From a virus, in IMG/VR virus record IMGVR_UViG_3300036770_003984, positions 1 through 64,000 of that record: a stretch of DNA of 64,000 nt. One strand, 5' to 3'. Under the pieces are notes generated by a model. The model was given only the letters and a program-made list of their open reading frames with translations, made no database searches and was not told where the DNA came from. This document shows positions 36,741 to 46,678 of the stretch, one piece after another; position 1 is the stretch's first letter; each line of letters begins with the position of its first letter. The translations under genes were made by a program, and so were the position numbers.

Positions 36741-38582
36741 CTATCTCAATTCTTGTAAGTCAAATGTTCTAACACCATCAACTGTAATTCTCGCATAGAA
36801 GCGGTTGTTCACCATTTTTTTAGCGTATCTAGTCATAATACCCTTGATAGGAGTAAAGTTGAATGGATTATACATTGTTGGAGTTAATTGAAGTGGAACA
36901 TACGGAGCGTAGATGTAACCAGTATCAAGAAGTGAAGTACCTTTATGTCCGATTAACACTTGGTTAGGTGGGAAGTAAGGGTCACGATATACTTGGTATC
37001 TACCTGCTAATGTACCTACTCTTTCAATACCCATATTGTATTGGTCTTGCTCAGGAGAAGCATTTGATACGTGGAAGTATTCCAAGTCATCAAAGATTGC
37101 AGAAACCTCAGAAGAAACAACAATCCAGTTAGCACCACCTCTAAGAGTTGATTTGTGGATTTGAGCTGAAAGTTGGTTGATAGCTGTGATAAGAGTTTGG
37201 TTCCAGTCTTTTTGAGTGTAAGAAGTGTTATTTTGTAATCTTCTCCATCCGTTGTAGTCCCATCTCAAGTTCCAAGCCGCACCTTTTCTAAGGTCACGTA
37301 GGATTTCTCTATCGATTTCAGCTGCAACTTGTTCAGAAAGAAGGGCAGTTAATTCAGCCTCAGCATCAATGTTATGGAATGCTGCAACGTCTTGAGCAAG
37401 TTCAGGAGACCATTGAGCTCTAAGTTTTCTTTCAGTTACAGAAACAGTTACTGATTCAAGGTCAAAAGAAACTTCACCAATTTTATCTTCAAATTCAAGT
37501 TCTTCGTATCTTCTATATACAACAGTAAATGAAGACGCTGAAGAAGCTGAGAAAATTGTAGTACCAGTGTAACCATCTAAAGATGAAGCGTTACAATCAG
37601 CACATACTGGACAAGATAAGTCAACCTCAATTAACATACAACCATCTTGGATACAAGTGTCATTATATGTACCACCACCATTTGTTGGCCATAAAGTTGA
37701 TGTTGATTTTGAAGTAGGTTGAACAAGACCTTTACCATATTGTTGAGTTACAACTCTAAACAATAAGTTGGGTAAAGTACTAGTACCAATACCCATAGTA
37801 TCACAAGGAGTAGTACTAGCAGAAATACCACCATTATTTCTAATTACTTTAAGGTCAGATAAGAATGTTTCAGTATCAACTTCAGAACCATCAGGTGCAA
37901 TAAGTTTACCTACACCATCATATGCGAAACCACACACTTTGATTAAAAGTTTTCTAACATTTGGTGTTTCTTCAGTTATTTCTAAAGGAACAACTTGACC
38001 ATTTGACCAAGTCATAGTTGTTGCACTAGCTGTAATTGCTGACCAACGACCTTTAGAATAATCAAATAAACCAGCAGGATTTAAACCAGGTTCAGCACCT
38101 TCATAGAATAAATCATAAAGATTTTTTTGATAAGCATTAGAATCCGTACCATAACCAGCATTTGGGTCACCAGGATAATTACCAGGACTACCTATTGGTG
38201 CATGATGATTACCAGAAAAAGTACCTCCATTAGTGTCACCACTATAACCTTGAATTTTAGGTATAAAGTAGAACAATTTACCGATAGGTAAGTTCATAGC
38301 TTGTACAGATACGATGTCATTTGCTAATAATTTAGAGAATACACGTCTAACGATTGGAAATACAACTGTTTCAAATGAACCAGAACTTCCATCAGATGTT
38401 GCTTCGTTGATTAAGAATGATGCTTGATTTTCATATAATTGTGCAACATTTTCTTTTAGATGACCTCTAAGGCCTTCAAGGAATCCTAATCTATCCCATT
38501 TGTTAATAGTATCTTCTTTGATAACTTTAAGGTGTTTCAAACCAATGTTACCAACAAGACCGCTTTCTAATAATGCTCCCAT
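36741..38582 (-). CDS. major capsid protein (T4 gp23-like) with large internal insertion
   Basis: VFPIVRRVF...VSVQAMNLPIGKLFY; RKLRAQWSPELAQD...AFHNIDAEAELT; YIYAPYVPLQ...GIMTRY. Confidence 0.95.
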   Translation of the reverse strand: MGALLESGLVGNIGLKHLKVIKEDTINKWDRLGFLEGLRGHLKENVAQLYENQASFLINEATSDGSSGSFETVVFPIVRRVFSKLLANDIVSVQAMNLPIGKLFYFIPKIQGYSGDTNGGTFSGNHHAPIGSPGNYPGDPNAGYGTDSNAYQKNLYDLFYEGAEPGLNPAGLFDYSKGRWSAITASATTMTWSNGQVVPLEITEETPNVRKLLIKVCGFAYDGVGKLIAPDGSEVDTETFLSDLKVIRNNGGISASTTPCDTMGIGTSTLPNLLFRVVTQQYGKGLVQPTSKSTSTLWPTNGGGTYNDTCIQDGCMLIEVDLSCPVCADCNASSLDGYTGTTIFSASSASSFTVVYRRYEELEFEDKIGEVSFDLESVTVSVTERKLRAQWSPELAQDVAAFHNIDAEAELTALLSEQVAAEIDREILRDLRKGAAWNLRWDYNGWRRLQNNTSYTQKDWNQTLITAINQLSAQIHKSTLRGGANWIVVSSEVSAIFDDLEYFHVSNASPEQDQYNMGIERVGTLAGRYQVYRDPYFPPNQVLIGHKGTSLLDTGYIYAPYVPLQLTPTMYNPFNFTPIKGIMTRYAKKMVNNRFYARITVDGVRTFDLQELR

Positions 38583-38618
38583 TTTGTATTTGATTTTTGT
38601 TTTAGTTTTGTTTATTGT

Positions 38619-40184
38619 TTATTTTAATTTTGACATTAAATCCTTCATTCTCATAAATTGAGGATTTTCATAAGTTTTTGATTCAATTAAGTTAATTGCT
38701 GAACCATTAGTTGGAACTTTATTAATTGTTCTTTCAATTGATTCGTTAACTTGTTGTGGTTTAGATGATGTTAATTCATCTTTAATAATTTTGTAAAGAG
38801 TCTTAGATTCTTTAAGAGATTCTACATCGTCAAATCTTTTAAGGATATTAATTTTTTCTTGTTTTGAAGTTGAATGTTCAGTAAACAATCTAGTTGCGTA
38901 CGCTAGGTTTGAATTGAATACTGCCACTTCATTCAATTTATTTCTGAAAATATTAAGTGCCTTTCTGTATTCTTCGTTTTTCTCTCTTAAAATTTCCATT
39001 TCTTGTAAATCAATAGATTCTTCTCTTAGATGACGAGGAGCTGTTCTTGGTTTTGGAAGACCATCTCTACCCCAATATTTACCATTTCCAAGTGTACGTG
39101 AAGCTTCTTTTGTTTCCACCTTTTTAGGTTTCATTTTCATACTTCCTTTAGTTTCTTTTGATTTGGTTGGTTTTTTAGAGAATTCACCATCAAAACTTGG
39201 AGAATCAGATTTGTAGATATCTTTTTTAACTTTACCCATACCTACACCTCTAGTACCTTGTTTCATATCTTCTTTAAAACCACCTTCTTGATTTGGTTTT
39301 TTAGAATATTTGAATTTTGAAGCTGAACCCATACCCATTCCTTTTGGTTTCATAGATTTTTTAGCTTCGTATAAAGATTCATAAAATTCTTCTTCTTCTT
39401 CTTCTTCTTCCATTTCAATTTCGTAAATAGTATCTTCATCAAATTTACTAAGAATGTCTTTATATTTATCTTCACGTTCAAAATCTTCTTCGTCCATAGT
39501 ACTCATATAATCTTCGTCCATAGTACTCATATAATCTTCGTCCATAGTACTCATATAATCTTCGTCCATAGTACTCATATAATCTTCGTCCATATAGTTT
39601 TCGTCCATTTCGTGATACATACCTTCGTCCATATAGTCACTTTCCATATATTCTTCTTCATCCATATGATAATTTTCTCTGACAATCATATATTCAGTAT
39701 CGTTTTCCTCATCTTTTAAACGAATATTACCAGCTGGGTCTTCTTCAACTTGGACTTTATCTTGAGGTCCCATTGATTTAAATACTTTGAAAAGAACGTC
39801 ACTTTGTTCCTCTTTACTCATACCTGTTTGGTCTAGATTTCTTAAGTCAAGGACTTCCTCATCCTCTTCATCATCTTCTTCTTCATCAGAATATTCATCA
39901 GTATAGTCCCCTTCTTCGTAATCTTCTTCGTAATCTTCTTCGTCATCAACTTCTTCTTCGTCATCAGGGAATTCAACATCAGCAACATCTGAATCCATAT
40001 CAATCTCTTCTTCGTCCTCGACTTCTTCTTCGTCATCTTGTTCGTTAAGAGATTCTTTTACCAATTGTTTGATTTCTTGTTTCATAGTTGAAGCAAGTAT
40101 TCCTTTTGCATTTTCAGCAACCGCTTCCTCCAAATTTTTCATTTGGATGATTGCCTCTTCTAAAATATTATTTTCTTTAGCCAT
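38619..40184 (-). CDS. prohead scaffolding/core protein
   Basis: Highly acidic, lies between protease and capsid genes; C-terminal EVAVFNSNLAYATRLF...KQEKINILKRFD. Confidence 0.75.
   Translation of the reverse strand: MAKENNILEEAIIQMKNLEEAVAENAKGILASTMKQEIKQLVKESLNEQDDEEEVEDEEEIDMDSDVADVEFPDDEEEVDDEEDYEEDYEEGDYTDEYSDEEEDDEEDEEVLDLRNLDQTGMSKEEQSDVLFKVFKSMGPQDKVQVEEDPAGNIRLKDEENDTEYMIVRENYHMDEEEYMESDYMDEGMYHEMDENYMDEDYMSTMDEDYMSTMDEDYMSTMDEDYMSTMDEEDFEREDKYKDILSKFDEDTIYEIEMEEEEEEEEFYESLYEAKKSMKPKGMGMGSASKFKYSKKPNQEGGFKEDMKQGTRGVGMGKVKKDIYKSDSPSFDGEFSKKPTKSKETKGSMKMKPKKVETKEASRTLGNGKYWGRDGLPKPRTAPRHLREESIDLQEMEILREKNEEYRKALNIFRNKLNEVAVFNSNLAYATRLFTEHSTSKQEKINILKRFDDVESLKESKTLYKIIKDELTSSKPQQVNESIERTINKVPTNGSAINLIESKTYENPQFMRMKDLMSKLK
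39487..39594 (-). repeat. 24-nt tandem repeat, about 4.5 copies (DEDYMSTM)
   Basis: Unit tcttcgtccatagtactcatataa repeated exactly. Confidence 0.95.
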
Positions 40185-40297
40185 TTTCTTGGTTTTTTGT
40201 TTATTTTATTATATAAATATATACGATGTTAAAAAAAGTTAGTTAAATTAATTTTTAACCAAATATTTTTAACAATTATAAATATTTGAATAATGGC

Positions 40298-40324
40298 AAA
40301 AAAAAAGGGAGACATATGTCTCCC
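40298..40324 (-). terminator. intrinsic terminator
   Basis: gggagaca-t-atgtctccc hairpin with A-run on the plus strand. Confidence 0.7.
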
Positions 40325-40342
40325 AAAATAATTTGTGATTTT

Positions 40343-40558
40343 TTATTCAATCACTTCATCAATTTTACTTTCTACTATTGCGGTAATTCTCCAATCAAAA
40401 GTATAGTGTTCATAAATTTTAGTTATTTTTGTCTCAACATCTGTTGGTGAGTAACCCATAACTAATTTTTCTAATTTTAACTTTTTTTTCTTTCCAGTTT
40501 CTTCGTCAACAAACTCTTCAGAGATTTTTGCAATAAAATATTTTTGTCCTTCTTCCAT
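40343..40558 (-). CDS. DUF4494-like protein (Bacteroidota family)
   Basis: KYFIAKI...ETGKKKK...LVMGYSPTDVETKI...ITAIVESKIDEV. Confidence 0.7.
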   Translation of the reverse strand: MEEGQKYFIAKISEEFVDEETGKKKKLKLEKLVMGYSPTDVETKITKIYEHYTFDWRITAIVESKIDEVIE

Positions 40559-40617
40559 TTTATTTAAATTTTTTAATTAATTAATTAAAAAAATAATAAG
40601 AAGATTAAATATAAAAA

Positions 40618-41337
40618 TCAATATCCGTATAAAGATAATTTTTTCATTAGTTCTAAAGATTTATTTCCACTTTCTCCAACATTCCTTTCTACTGCCATTT
40701 TCCTATCATCATCTAAATTTTCTTCAAACATATGTTTATCATCTTTGTTTAAGAAAAGATAAGCACCAGGTGTTGATGGTGATGAAACTAAATCAAAACA
40801 TATTAATTCAAAATCATCTTGTACTTCATTTTGTTCTCCAACTTTTTTTAATGAACCAACACCACGAGAAGATATACCAAGAGTAACACCTTGTCTTAAA
40901 TAATTTGCGGCCATATCACCCTTAGTTGATACTATACCTCTTTCGTGGAATCCTGGGGATGTTAACAATTTGAGTTTACCCATTAAAACTGGTCCTTCCC
41001 ACCAAACTTCATTTATAATATGAGATACTCTATCAAGGTCAATTAAAGATGATTCAGGATGATTTAATTCTGATAATGATGTTCCTTTTTGAATCATCTT
41101 TTTATAATTCTCAGCTTCCCTTTTTAATATCTTTTCTGGGTAGATTCTACCATTTCTATTTGGTGTATTGTATTTTTGTAATACAGCATAGAATTCAAAT
41201 GGTTTTGAATGGTCTAACATTTGTTTGGATTCTTGTAACATTTTAGAGTTAAATCCATCTGTTGGGGAAACCCACCCATCATTTTCAATTAAAATACCTC
41301 TACCTAACTCACCAGGGTTTAAAATTTTTAAGCTCAT
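40618..41337 (-). CDS. prohead protease (T4 gp21-like)
   Basis: NRNGRIYP, SELNHPE (His), LGISSRGVGS (Ser), FDLVSSPSTPGA. Confidence 0.93.
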   Translation of the reverse strand: MSLKILNPGELGRGILIENDGWVSPTDGFNSKMLQESKQMLDHSKPFEFYAVLQKYNTPNRNGRIYPEKILKREAENYKKMIQKGTSLSELNHPESSLIDLDRVSHIINEVWWEGPVLMGKLKLLTSPGFHERGIVSTKGDMAANYLRQGVTLGISSRGVGSLKKVGEQNEVQDDFELICFDLVSSPSTPGAYLFLNKDDKHMFEENLDDDRKMAVERNVGESGNKSLELMKKLSLYGY

Positions 41338-41375
41338 TGTATGATTTTATTATATAAATATTTAAAAATATATAT

Positions 41376-41831
41376 TTATATTTTGACATTAGTTTTTTTG
41401 TCGTTTTTTGTTAAAAAAAAACTAAAATGTTCATTCCTTAAAAAATTATAATGTAATATATTTTTGGTAAGTTCTTTGAGACTTTCTTTTAATTTTGAAG
41501 ATTTAAAATCTATTTGTGTTGGATTAAGATATAAATTTATTTCTAAATTTAGGAATGATTTTTTACCTAATGTTATTCCACTTGAACGTAAATCCAAATC
41601 AGATATAAAATTTTCTTTAAAAATAACCTTGTCTAAATTTTGATAAATTGTGTGTTTTATTGACCTAGATAAGTTTAAAATAATTCGATTCCAATTTTCT
41701 TCTTCCTCTTTTGGTTCAACCCAAGTTTGTATGTTTAAGTAAATTGATTTTAATTCAAAAGAATCTGTTGTACCATATATTACTTTTATAGTCTTAAAAC
41801 CTTGGATTTTAGAGGTTTTGCCTTTTTTCAT
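41376..41831 (-). CDS. hypothetical protein
   Basis: ORF track. Confidence 0.75.
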   Translation of the reverse strand: MKKGKTSKIQGFKTIKVIYGTTDSFELKSIYLNIQTWVEPKEEEENWNRIILNLSRSIKHTIYQNLDKVIFKENFISDLDLRSSGITLGKKSFLNLEINLYLNPTQIDFKSSKLKESLKELTKNILHYNFLRNEHFSFFLTKNDKKTNVKI

Positions 41832-41906
41832 TAATTTTAATAGTTTATCAGTTTATTTTTTATAAAAAGTAACTGATATTTTAATAAATGTCAAAAAAAT
41901 AAAATT

Positions 41907-42098
41907 ATGTTGATTGTAAAAGTTGATCAAAACACAAACATTGAGAAAGCCTTAAAACTCTTTAAAAGTAAGGTAATTAAAACTAAACTAATGAGTGAAT
42001 TACGAAATCGAAAAGAATTCACAAAAAAATCAGTAACAAGACGAACTACTGTTAATAAAGCAAAATATGTGCAACAAATAAAATCAAAAGAAGATTAG
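41907..42098 (+). CDS. rpsU: ribosomal protein bS21
   Basis: MLIVKV...IEKALKLFKSKV...ELRNRKEFTKKSVTRR, the bS21 pattern. Confidence 0.92.
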   Translation: MLIVKVDQNTNIEKALKLFKSKVIKTKLMSELRNRKEFTKKSVTRRTTVNKAKYVQQIKSKED

Positions 42099-42811
42099 AG
42101 ATTTTCTTTTAGATTTTTTAACTTGAAATAAGTTAATTTATCATATTTTTCTGTGGTTATTTTTTCAATTGATTCATCAATTCTTTTTGATGTTTCAATG
42201 TCAGATGTTTTTTTAATTTCATTTAATTTTGAAATTATATCTATTTTCAATATATCAAACTCACTATTTAATTTATTATCGTCTTCTTTTAATAAACTAA
42301 TTAAACTTTTCTTATCCGATTCGTTTAACTCTGAGATATATTTGTTAATTGTTTGGTTTGCTATATTAACCATTGTTGAAATGGGTAAATTAATAACATC
42401 ACTATTTTCATCTTTTGATTTTTTAATCAAAGATTCTGAAATTATTTTTCTACTTTTTATTTTGTTTTCTAATGTCAGAATATTTGTTGAAAATAAATTA
42501 TCAATATCATCATATTGATTTTCACTCTTAACATCATCAACCCATAATTCTAACACTTTTAAATCTTTTGGATTTATTTTGTTAATAGTATTTTCATATA
42601 TTGTAATACATTCATTTATGAATTGGTCTGCAATATCTTTAGTGTACCCTTTATTTGTATTCAATTCATCGTAGACAAAAAACAATTTTTTCAAATTTTT
42701 GTTTTCCAAAACAAGTTTTTTGAATATCTTTAACTCATCCTTAAATAAATTTCTACCATAGGATTCTAACAAGTATTTTTCTATTTTTGATTTTAAAAGT
42801 CCAAATTTCAT
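42095..42811 (-). CDS. hypothetical head-module protein
   Basis: Likely start MKFGLLKSKIEKYLLE at 42811, with TATTTAT at 42824-42830. Confidence 0.75.
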   Translation of the reverse strand: MKFGLLKSKIEKYLLESYGRNLFKDELKIFKKLVLENKNLKKLFFVYDELNTNKGYTKDIADQFINECITIYENTINKINPKDLKVLELWVDDVKSENQYDDIDNLFSTNILTLENKIKSRKIISESLIKKSKDENSDVINLPISTMVNIANQTINKYISELNESDKKSLISLLKEDDNKLNSEFDILKIDIISKLNEIKKTSDIETSKRIDESIEKITTEKYDKLTYFKLKNLKENL

Positions 42812-42830
42812 AGTTTTTTTATTATAAATA

Positions 42831-44642
42831 TCAATCATCTAAAAGTTTTTTCAGATGTACTTCCATTTCACCCAAATAATTTCTTACTTTTGACAAATCA
42901 ATATAAGAATCATCCTCAGTTAATGAATCACTTTCCAATAGAATATTTAAATTATTTTTATTAATTGATTCTGGTGCTAAACCTGGAGGTGGGGGTGATT
43001 CTTCACCTCCAGGAGGTGGTGGTGGCATTCCTCCACTTTCTTCTCCTCCTCCACCGGGTGGTGGTGGTGCTCCACCTTCAGTTGTACCTGACTTAGTTCC
43101 ATAAAGTTTATCAATATTATCAAATAAACCAGTATGTGTTATAATTGTCGCAGTATTTGTTAATTCAGCACCAACAGCCTTTTCAATCCTTTGTTGTTGT
43201 AAATCAAGTTTAATTTCCTCTTCAGAGAATCCCATAATATGTTTCTTAGCCCATGTAACTGATGTTGGTGAAATACCTTCAATTGCCGTAACACATTCTT
43301 TATAAAGTGCGACTTTCTCTTTCCATATATCAATTTTAAGTAAATCAGCCTGACTTGATGGATTTGTCAAACCTAAAGTGAAGTTACCTAACTCATCTTC
43401 AAAACCTAAAAGGAATAAATGTATAATGGCGATTTTATTTAATTCGGCAACCATACATTTTTGTATTCTATTGATTGTTCTAGCAAATCTTATATCAATC
43501 AAAGAAAGATTTTTACCATCACCAACAGGTTCTTCAAAACCTAAGAATGCTTTAGGTACACGTAGAGCGGTTAATAATTTCTTTTGGATATATTCAATAT
43601 CGGCAATTTCACCTAAATTCGCACCACCAGGTAATGTTTCAATTGGCATAGTTTGAGCTGGGTCTCTAACAGGAATAAAATAATCTTGGTCAACAGCCAT
43701 TTGATTAAATCTCATATCAACATTACCAGTCTGAGAATCAACAACTTGACTACGTTTAAACTTATTTGCAACACGTTGTACATAAGCTTCAACATCTTTA
43801 TCATCCATATTTCCAACAAAGACTTTGAACACCCTTCTTTCTGGTGCTCTTGAAGTTCTATATATCAACATTGCATCCTCAGATAATAATAATTGTTTCC
43901 AAATACGTCTTGCCTTTTCCAACATTGATGTACCATATGGAAGTTTTCTATCATCACCAAATAAACGGAAATGAGCAATTTCCCAAGAATTAAACTCCAT
44001 GTCTTTAACTTTCCATTTGAATCTTAAACCTTTGTTTTCAACGGGGTCTTCAACATTTTGTCTACCAGCTTGCGTAGGAGCACCTCGTTCCAAACGTTCA
44101 ATTTCAATGTTTGGTAGTTGCATACAACCAACAATACCTTTTTCTGGATCAAGTTTAAGGTAAACAAAATTATCACCATACTTACAAGTATTTCTTGTCC
44201 ACATTGGTAAGTTTGTGTTAATATCCAAAATATTATTAAATAAATCAGCTAAAATAGATTTAATCCTTTTTGACTCTGAATATATCTGTAACATATTACC
44301 ATTTTGGTCAACAGTTGTTGATTCCTCACCATAAATGTCTAGTGCTGCAGATATTTCTGGTGTATACTCCATAGATTCGTAATCGTAAAATGAGGCCAAT
44401 CTAGTTGGTTCGTAATATACTGCTTGGGTATATAGATTACTTTCAATTTTAGTCCATTGATTAGCTAAATAATATGTTTGTTGAGCTTGTAATAACTCTT
44501 TATCATATTCTTGTTTGGATGTTGTACGTAATAATTCTTTTCTATCAAACTTATATGTTGGATAGTCTTGATTTAAAAGTTCATTAGGTCCGAAGGCTTG
44601 AGATAATCTTTGCCATACGGTATATTTGTTATTATTTTCCAT
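42831..44642 (-). CDS. portal protein (T4 gp20-like)
   Basis: MEYTPEISAALDIYGEE, LLSEDAMLIYRTSRAPERRVF, QDYFIPVR; Pro/Gly-rich tail. Confidence 0.95.
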   Translation of the reverse strand: MENNNKYTVWQRLSQAFGPNELLNQDYPTYKFDRKELLRTTSKQEYDKELLQAQQTYYLANQWTKIESNLYTQAVYYEPTRLASFYDYESMEYTPEISAALDIYGEESTTVDQNGNMLQIYSESKRIKSILADLFNNILDINTNLPMWTRNTCKYGDNFVYLKLDPEKGIVGCMQLPNIEIERLERGAPTQAGRQNVEDPVENKGLRFKWKVKDMEFNSWEIAHFRLFGDDRKLPYGTSMLEKARRIWKQLLLSEDAMLIYRTSRAPERRVFKVFVGNMDDKDVEAYVQRVANKFKRSQVVDSQTGNVDMRFNQMAVDQDYFIPVRDPAQTMPIETLPGGANLGEIADIEYIQKKLLTALRVPKAFLGFEEPVGDGKNLSLIDIRFARTINRIQKCMVAELNKIAIIHLFLLGFEDELGNFTLGLTNPSSQADLLKIDIWKEKVALYKECVTAIEGISPTSVTWAKKHIMGFSEEEIKLDLQQQRIEKAVGAELTNTATIITHTGLFDNIDKLYGTKSGTTEGGAPPPPGGGGEESGGMPPPPPGGEESPPPPGLAPESINKNNLNILLESDSLTEDDSYIDLSKVRNYLGEMEVHLKKLLDD

Positions 44643-44680
44643 AAATTAAATCTAAATTTATTTGATAAAAATTAAATACT

Positions 44681-44830
44681 TTACTGTTTAGTACCATTAT
44701 TAGTGTTACCTTTTTTTTGATTAATATCAGTGTTTCCACCAGGATTAACCATTATTGGTTTTTGACCGGGTACTATCAATCTTCCATTAGCATTTATTTT
44801 ACCAGATGTTTTTCTTTTTTCAAATCCCAT
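44681..44830 (-). CDS. 49-aa basic protein between terminase and portal
   Basis: MGFEKRKTSGKINANGRLIVPGQKPIMVNPGG...GTKQ*; TATTTAT at 44844-44850; below the ORF-track size cutoff. Confidence 0.7.
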   Translation of the reverse strand: MGFEKRKTSGKINANGRLIVPGQKPIMVNPGGNTDINQKKGNTNNGTKQ

Positions 44831-44850
44831 AATCTTTTATTTAATAAATA

Positions 44851-46620
44851 TTATCTTCTTTGATTTCCAAATAACCAAGAGTATTTCATATAATCTTCCT
44901 TTGAAACATTTTGATTTCTTTGTTGTAATCTATCATGCCCATATGGTATTACTGGATTAAATTCTAATTGTTTTCCCATATTTTCATTATTACTTACAGC
45001 CCAAGATTCCAACATTGCCTTTGTTTGTTCAGTGACTTTTTCCAAACTGCTGAAAGATGATTCAGCAATATAAGTCGCCATTGCAATTGACATTATTAAG
45101 TCATCGTGTTGTCCCTTTTGGTGGTCTGGTCTTCCATTGACATAAATAAAGGTGTTCATCTCATCAAATAACCTTGAACTATATATCTTAAATTCATGTC
45201 TCATTGCTTCCTCAAATGATGCAATTATCTGAACACGTTTATTATTAAAATTAAGTCCAGGAATTTTATCCAATGCCTTGGGGTCATATTTCCATTTGTT
45301 TGCCAAATCTACCCCATCCACATATAAATTTTTATAACCCAACTCTTGTAACTTCCTTGAGGTTGAAACCCCCATACCACCAGTTATATCTATCACAATA
45401 AAACAATTATACATATTACCCCACTTATAACATATTTCAGCCATTGTATCTGGAGGTAACTTTCCAACATATTCTGCAACTTGTTCTCTTGTATCAAAAT
45501 CAATAATTTGGAATGAACTAAAGTCTTCACTATCCCCTCTACTGACATCCACACCCATAACGTATTTATGTCCCATAATAGGTTCTTTCCATATCCATAG
45601 AGAATTACCTATCATTTTATTTTGGGGTTCTTTAATCATATTTTCTTTAACTCTTTGCATTAAAAGAGAATCAAATACGTTATCACCAGAACCCAAGAAG
45701 TTACACTCTAACTCTTGTGAAACTTTTCTCTTATCATATTTAAGTTTCTTTACCATTCCCTCAAACCAAGATGAACAAGGTTTGTACCCTGAATTCATCA
45801 TTAATTTAAGTTCCTCGTAATTTCTTTCATCAAATGGAATATGTCCCCAACTTATAATATCATTACTACTATATTCTGTTTTATTAAGGAGATAATGAAT
45901 AACATCTTGTGTTTTGACTAAAAATAAATCTTTGGTATATCTTGGGTCTCTAAACCAAAACATCTCAGATATTTTAAAGTCATTCATTCCCCTATTTGCT
46001 TGATTATATATTTCATAATAAATTGGGTCATAACCATTTGGTGTTGACACTACAATAACTTTACCCCCAGTTGATAGTGAGGCCATACAAGCCGCCCAAA
46101 AGTCTGAATCCGCGTCAATAAATGCCGCCTCGTCAAATACTAGGATTGTTGGTGTAAAACCACGTAGAGCATCCTTTGAGGTTGCCACAGCTTTTACTTC
46201 ACATCCATTGTTTGTCTTATAATGTTTTTGTGAATTTTTATCAACAGAAAAATCAATTCCAACCCAACTTGGCCATTGACCAATAAACATTCTTATTTTA
46301 TTTGCCATCTCTTGTGATGTATCTAATTTGTTGGCAATGATTAGAATCTTTTCAGGTTTTGTCTTTTTGGCAAAAGCTATTTTTAATGATACCCAAGCCG
46401 CAGTTACTGTTGATACACCAGCTTGTCTGTACTTTAATGCAATGTTTTCATTGTAATTTTCATAGTCATTAAGTAATGAAATTTGGTCTGGAAATAACTC
46501 TAATGGGACATATTTTGATACAGTATTATCATAGGTTTCCAGATATGTTCTTAACGCGTATGGGGTATCTTTCATACACTTAAGATATTCAATCATTACT
46601 TGTTCTTTTGTTAAACTCAT
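44851..46620 (-). CDS. terminase large subunit (T4 gp17-like)
   Basis: KYRQAGVST, LVFDEAAF, VSTPNG, MGVDVSRG, HDDLIM. Confidence 0.95.
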   Translation of the reverse strand: MSLTKEQVMIEYLKCMKDTPYALRTYLETYDNTVSKYVPLELFPDQISLLNDYENYNENIALKYRQAGVSTVTAAWVSLKIAFAKKTKPEKILIIANKLDTSQEMANKIRMFIGQWPSWVGIDFSVDKNSQKHYKTNNGCEVKAVATSKDALRGFTPTILVFDEAAFIDADSDFWAACMASLSTGGKVIVVSTPNGYDPIYYEIYNQANRGMNDFKISEMFWFRDPRYTKDLFLVKTQDVIHYLLNKTEYSSNDIISWGHIPFDERNYEELKLMMNSGYKPCSSWFEGMVKKLKYDKRKVSQELECNFLGSGDNVFDSLLMQRVKENMIKEPQNKMIGNSLWIWKEPIMGHKYVMGVDVSRGDSEDFSSFQIIDFDTREQVAEYVGKLPPDTMAEICYKWGNMYNCFIVIDITGGMGVSTSRKLQELGYKNLYVDGVDLANKWKYDPKALDKIPGLNFNNKRVQIIASFEEAMRHEFKIYSSRLFDEMNTFIYVNGRPDHQKGQHDDLIMSIAMATYIAESSFSSLEKVTEQTKAMLESWAVSNNENMGKQLEFNPVIPYGHDRLQQRNQNVSKEDYMKYSWLFGNQRR

Positions 46621-46642
46621 ATAATCTTTTTATATAAATATA

Positions 46643-46677
46643 AAAACCCCCACTTATTTCTAAATGGGGGTTTTTAT
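46643..46677 (-). terminator. intrinsic terminator
   Basis: aaaaacccccac...atgggggttttt. Confidence 0.8.
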
Positions 46678-46678
46678 T

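Noticed and set aside
39487-39594. CRISPR-like array
   Set aside because: The repeats are contiguous with no spacers and are in frame within a coding sequence.
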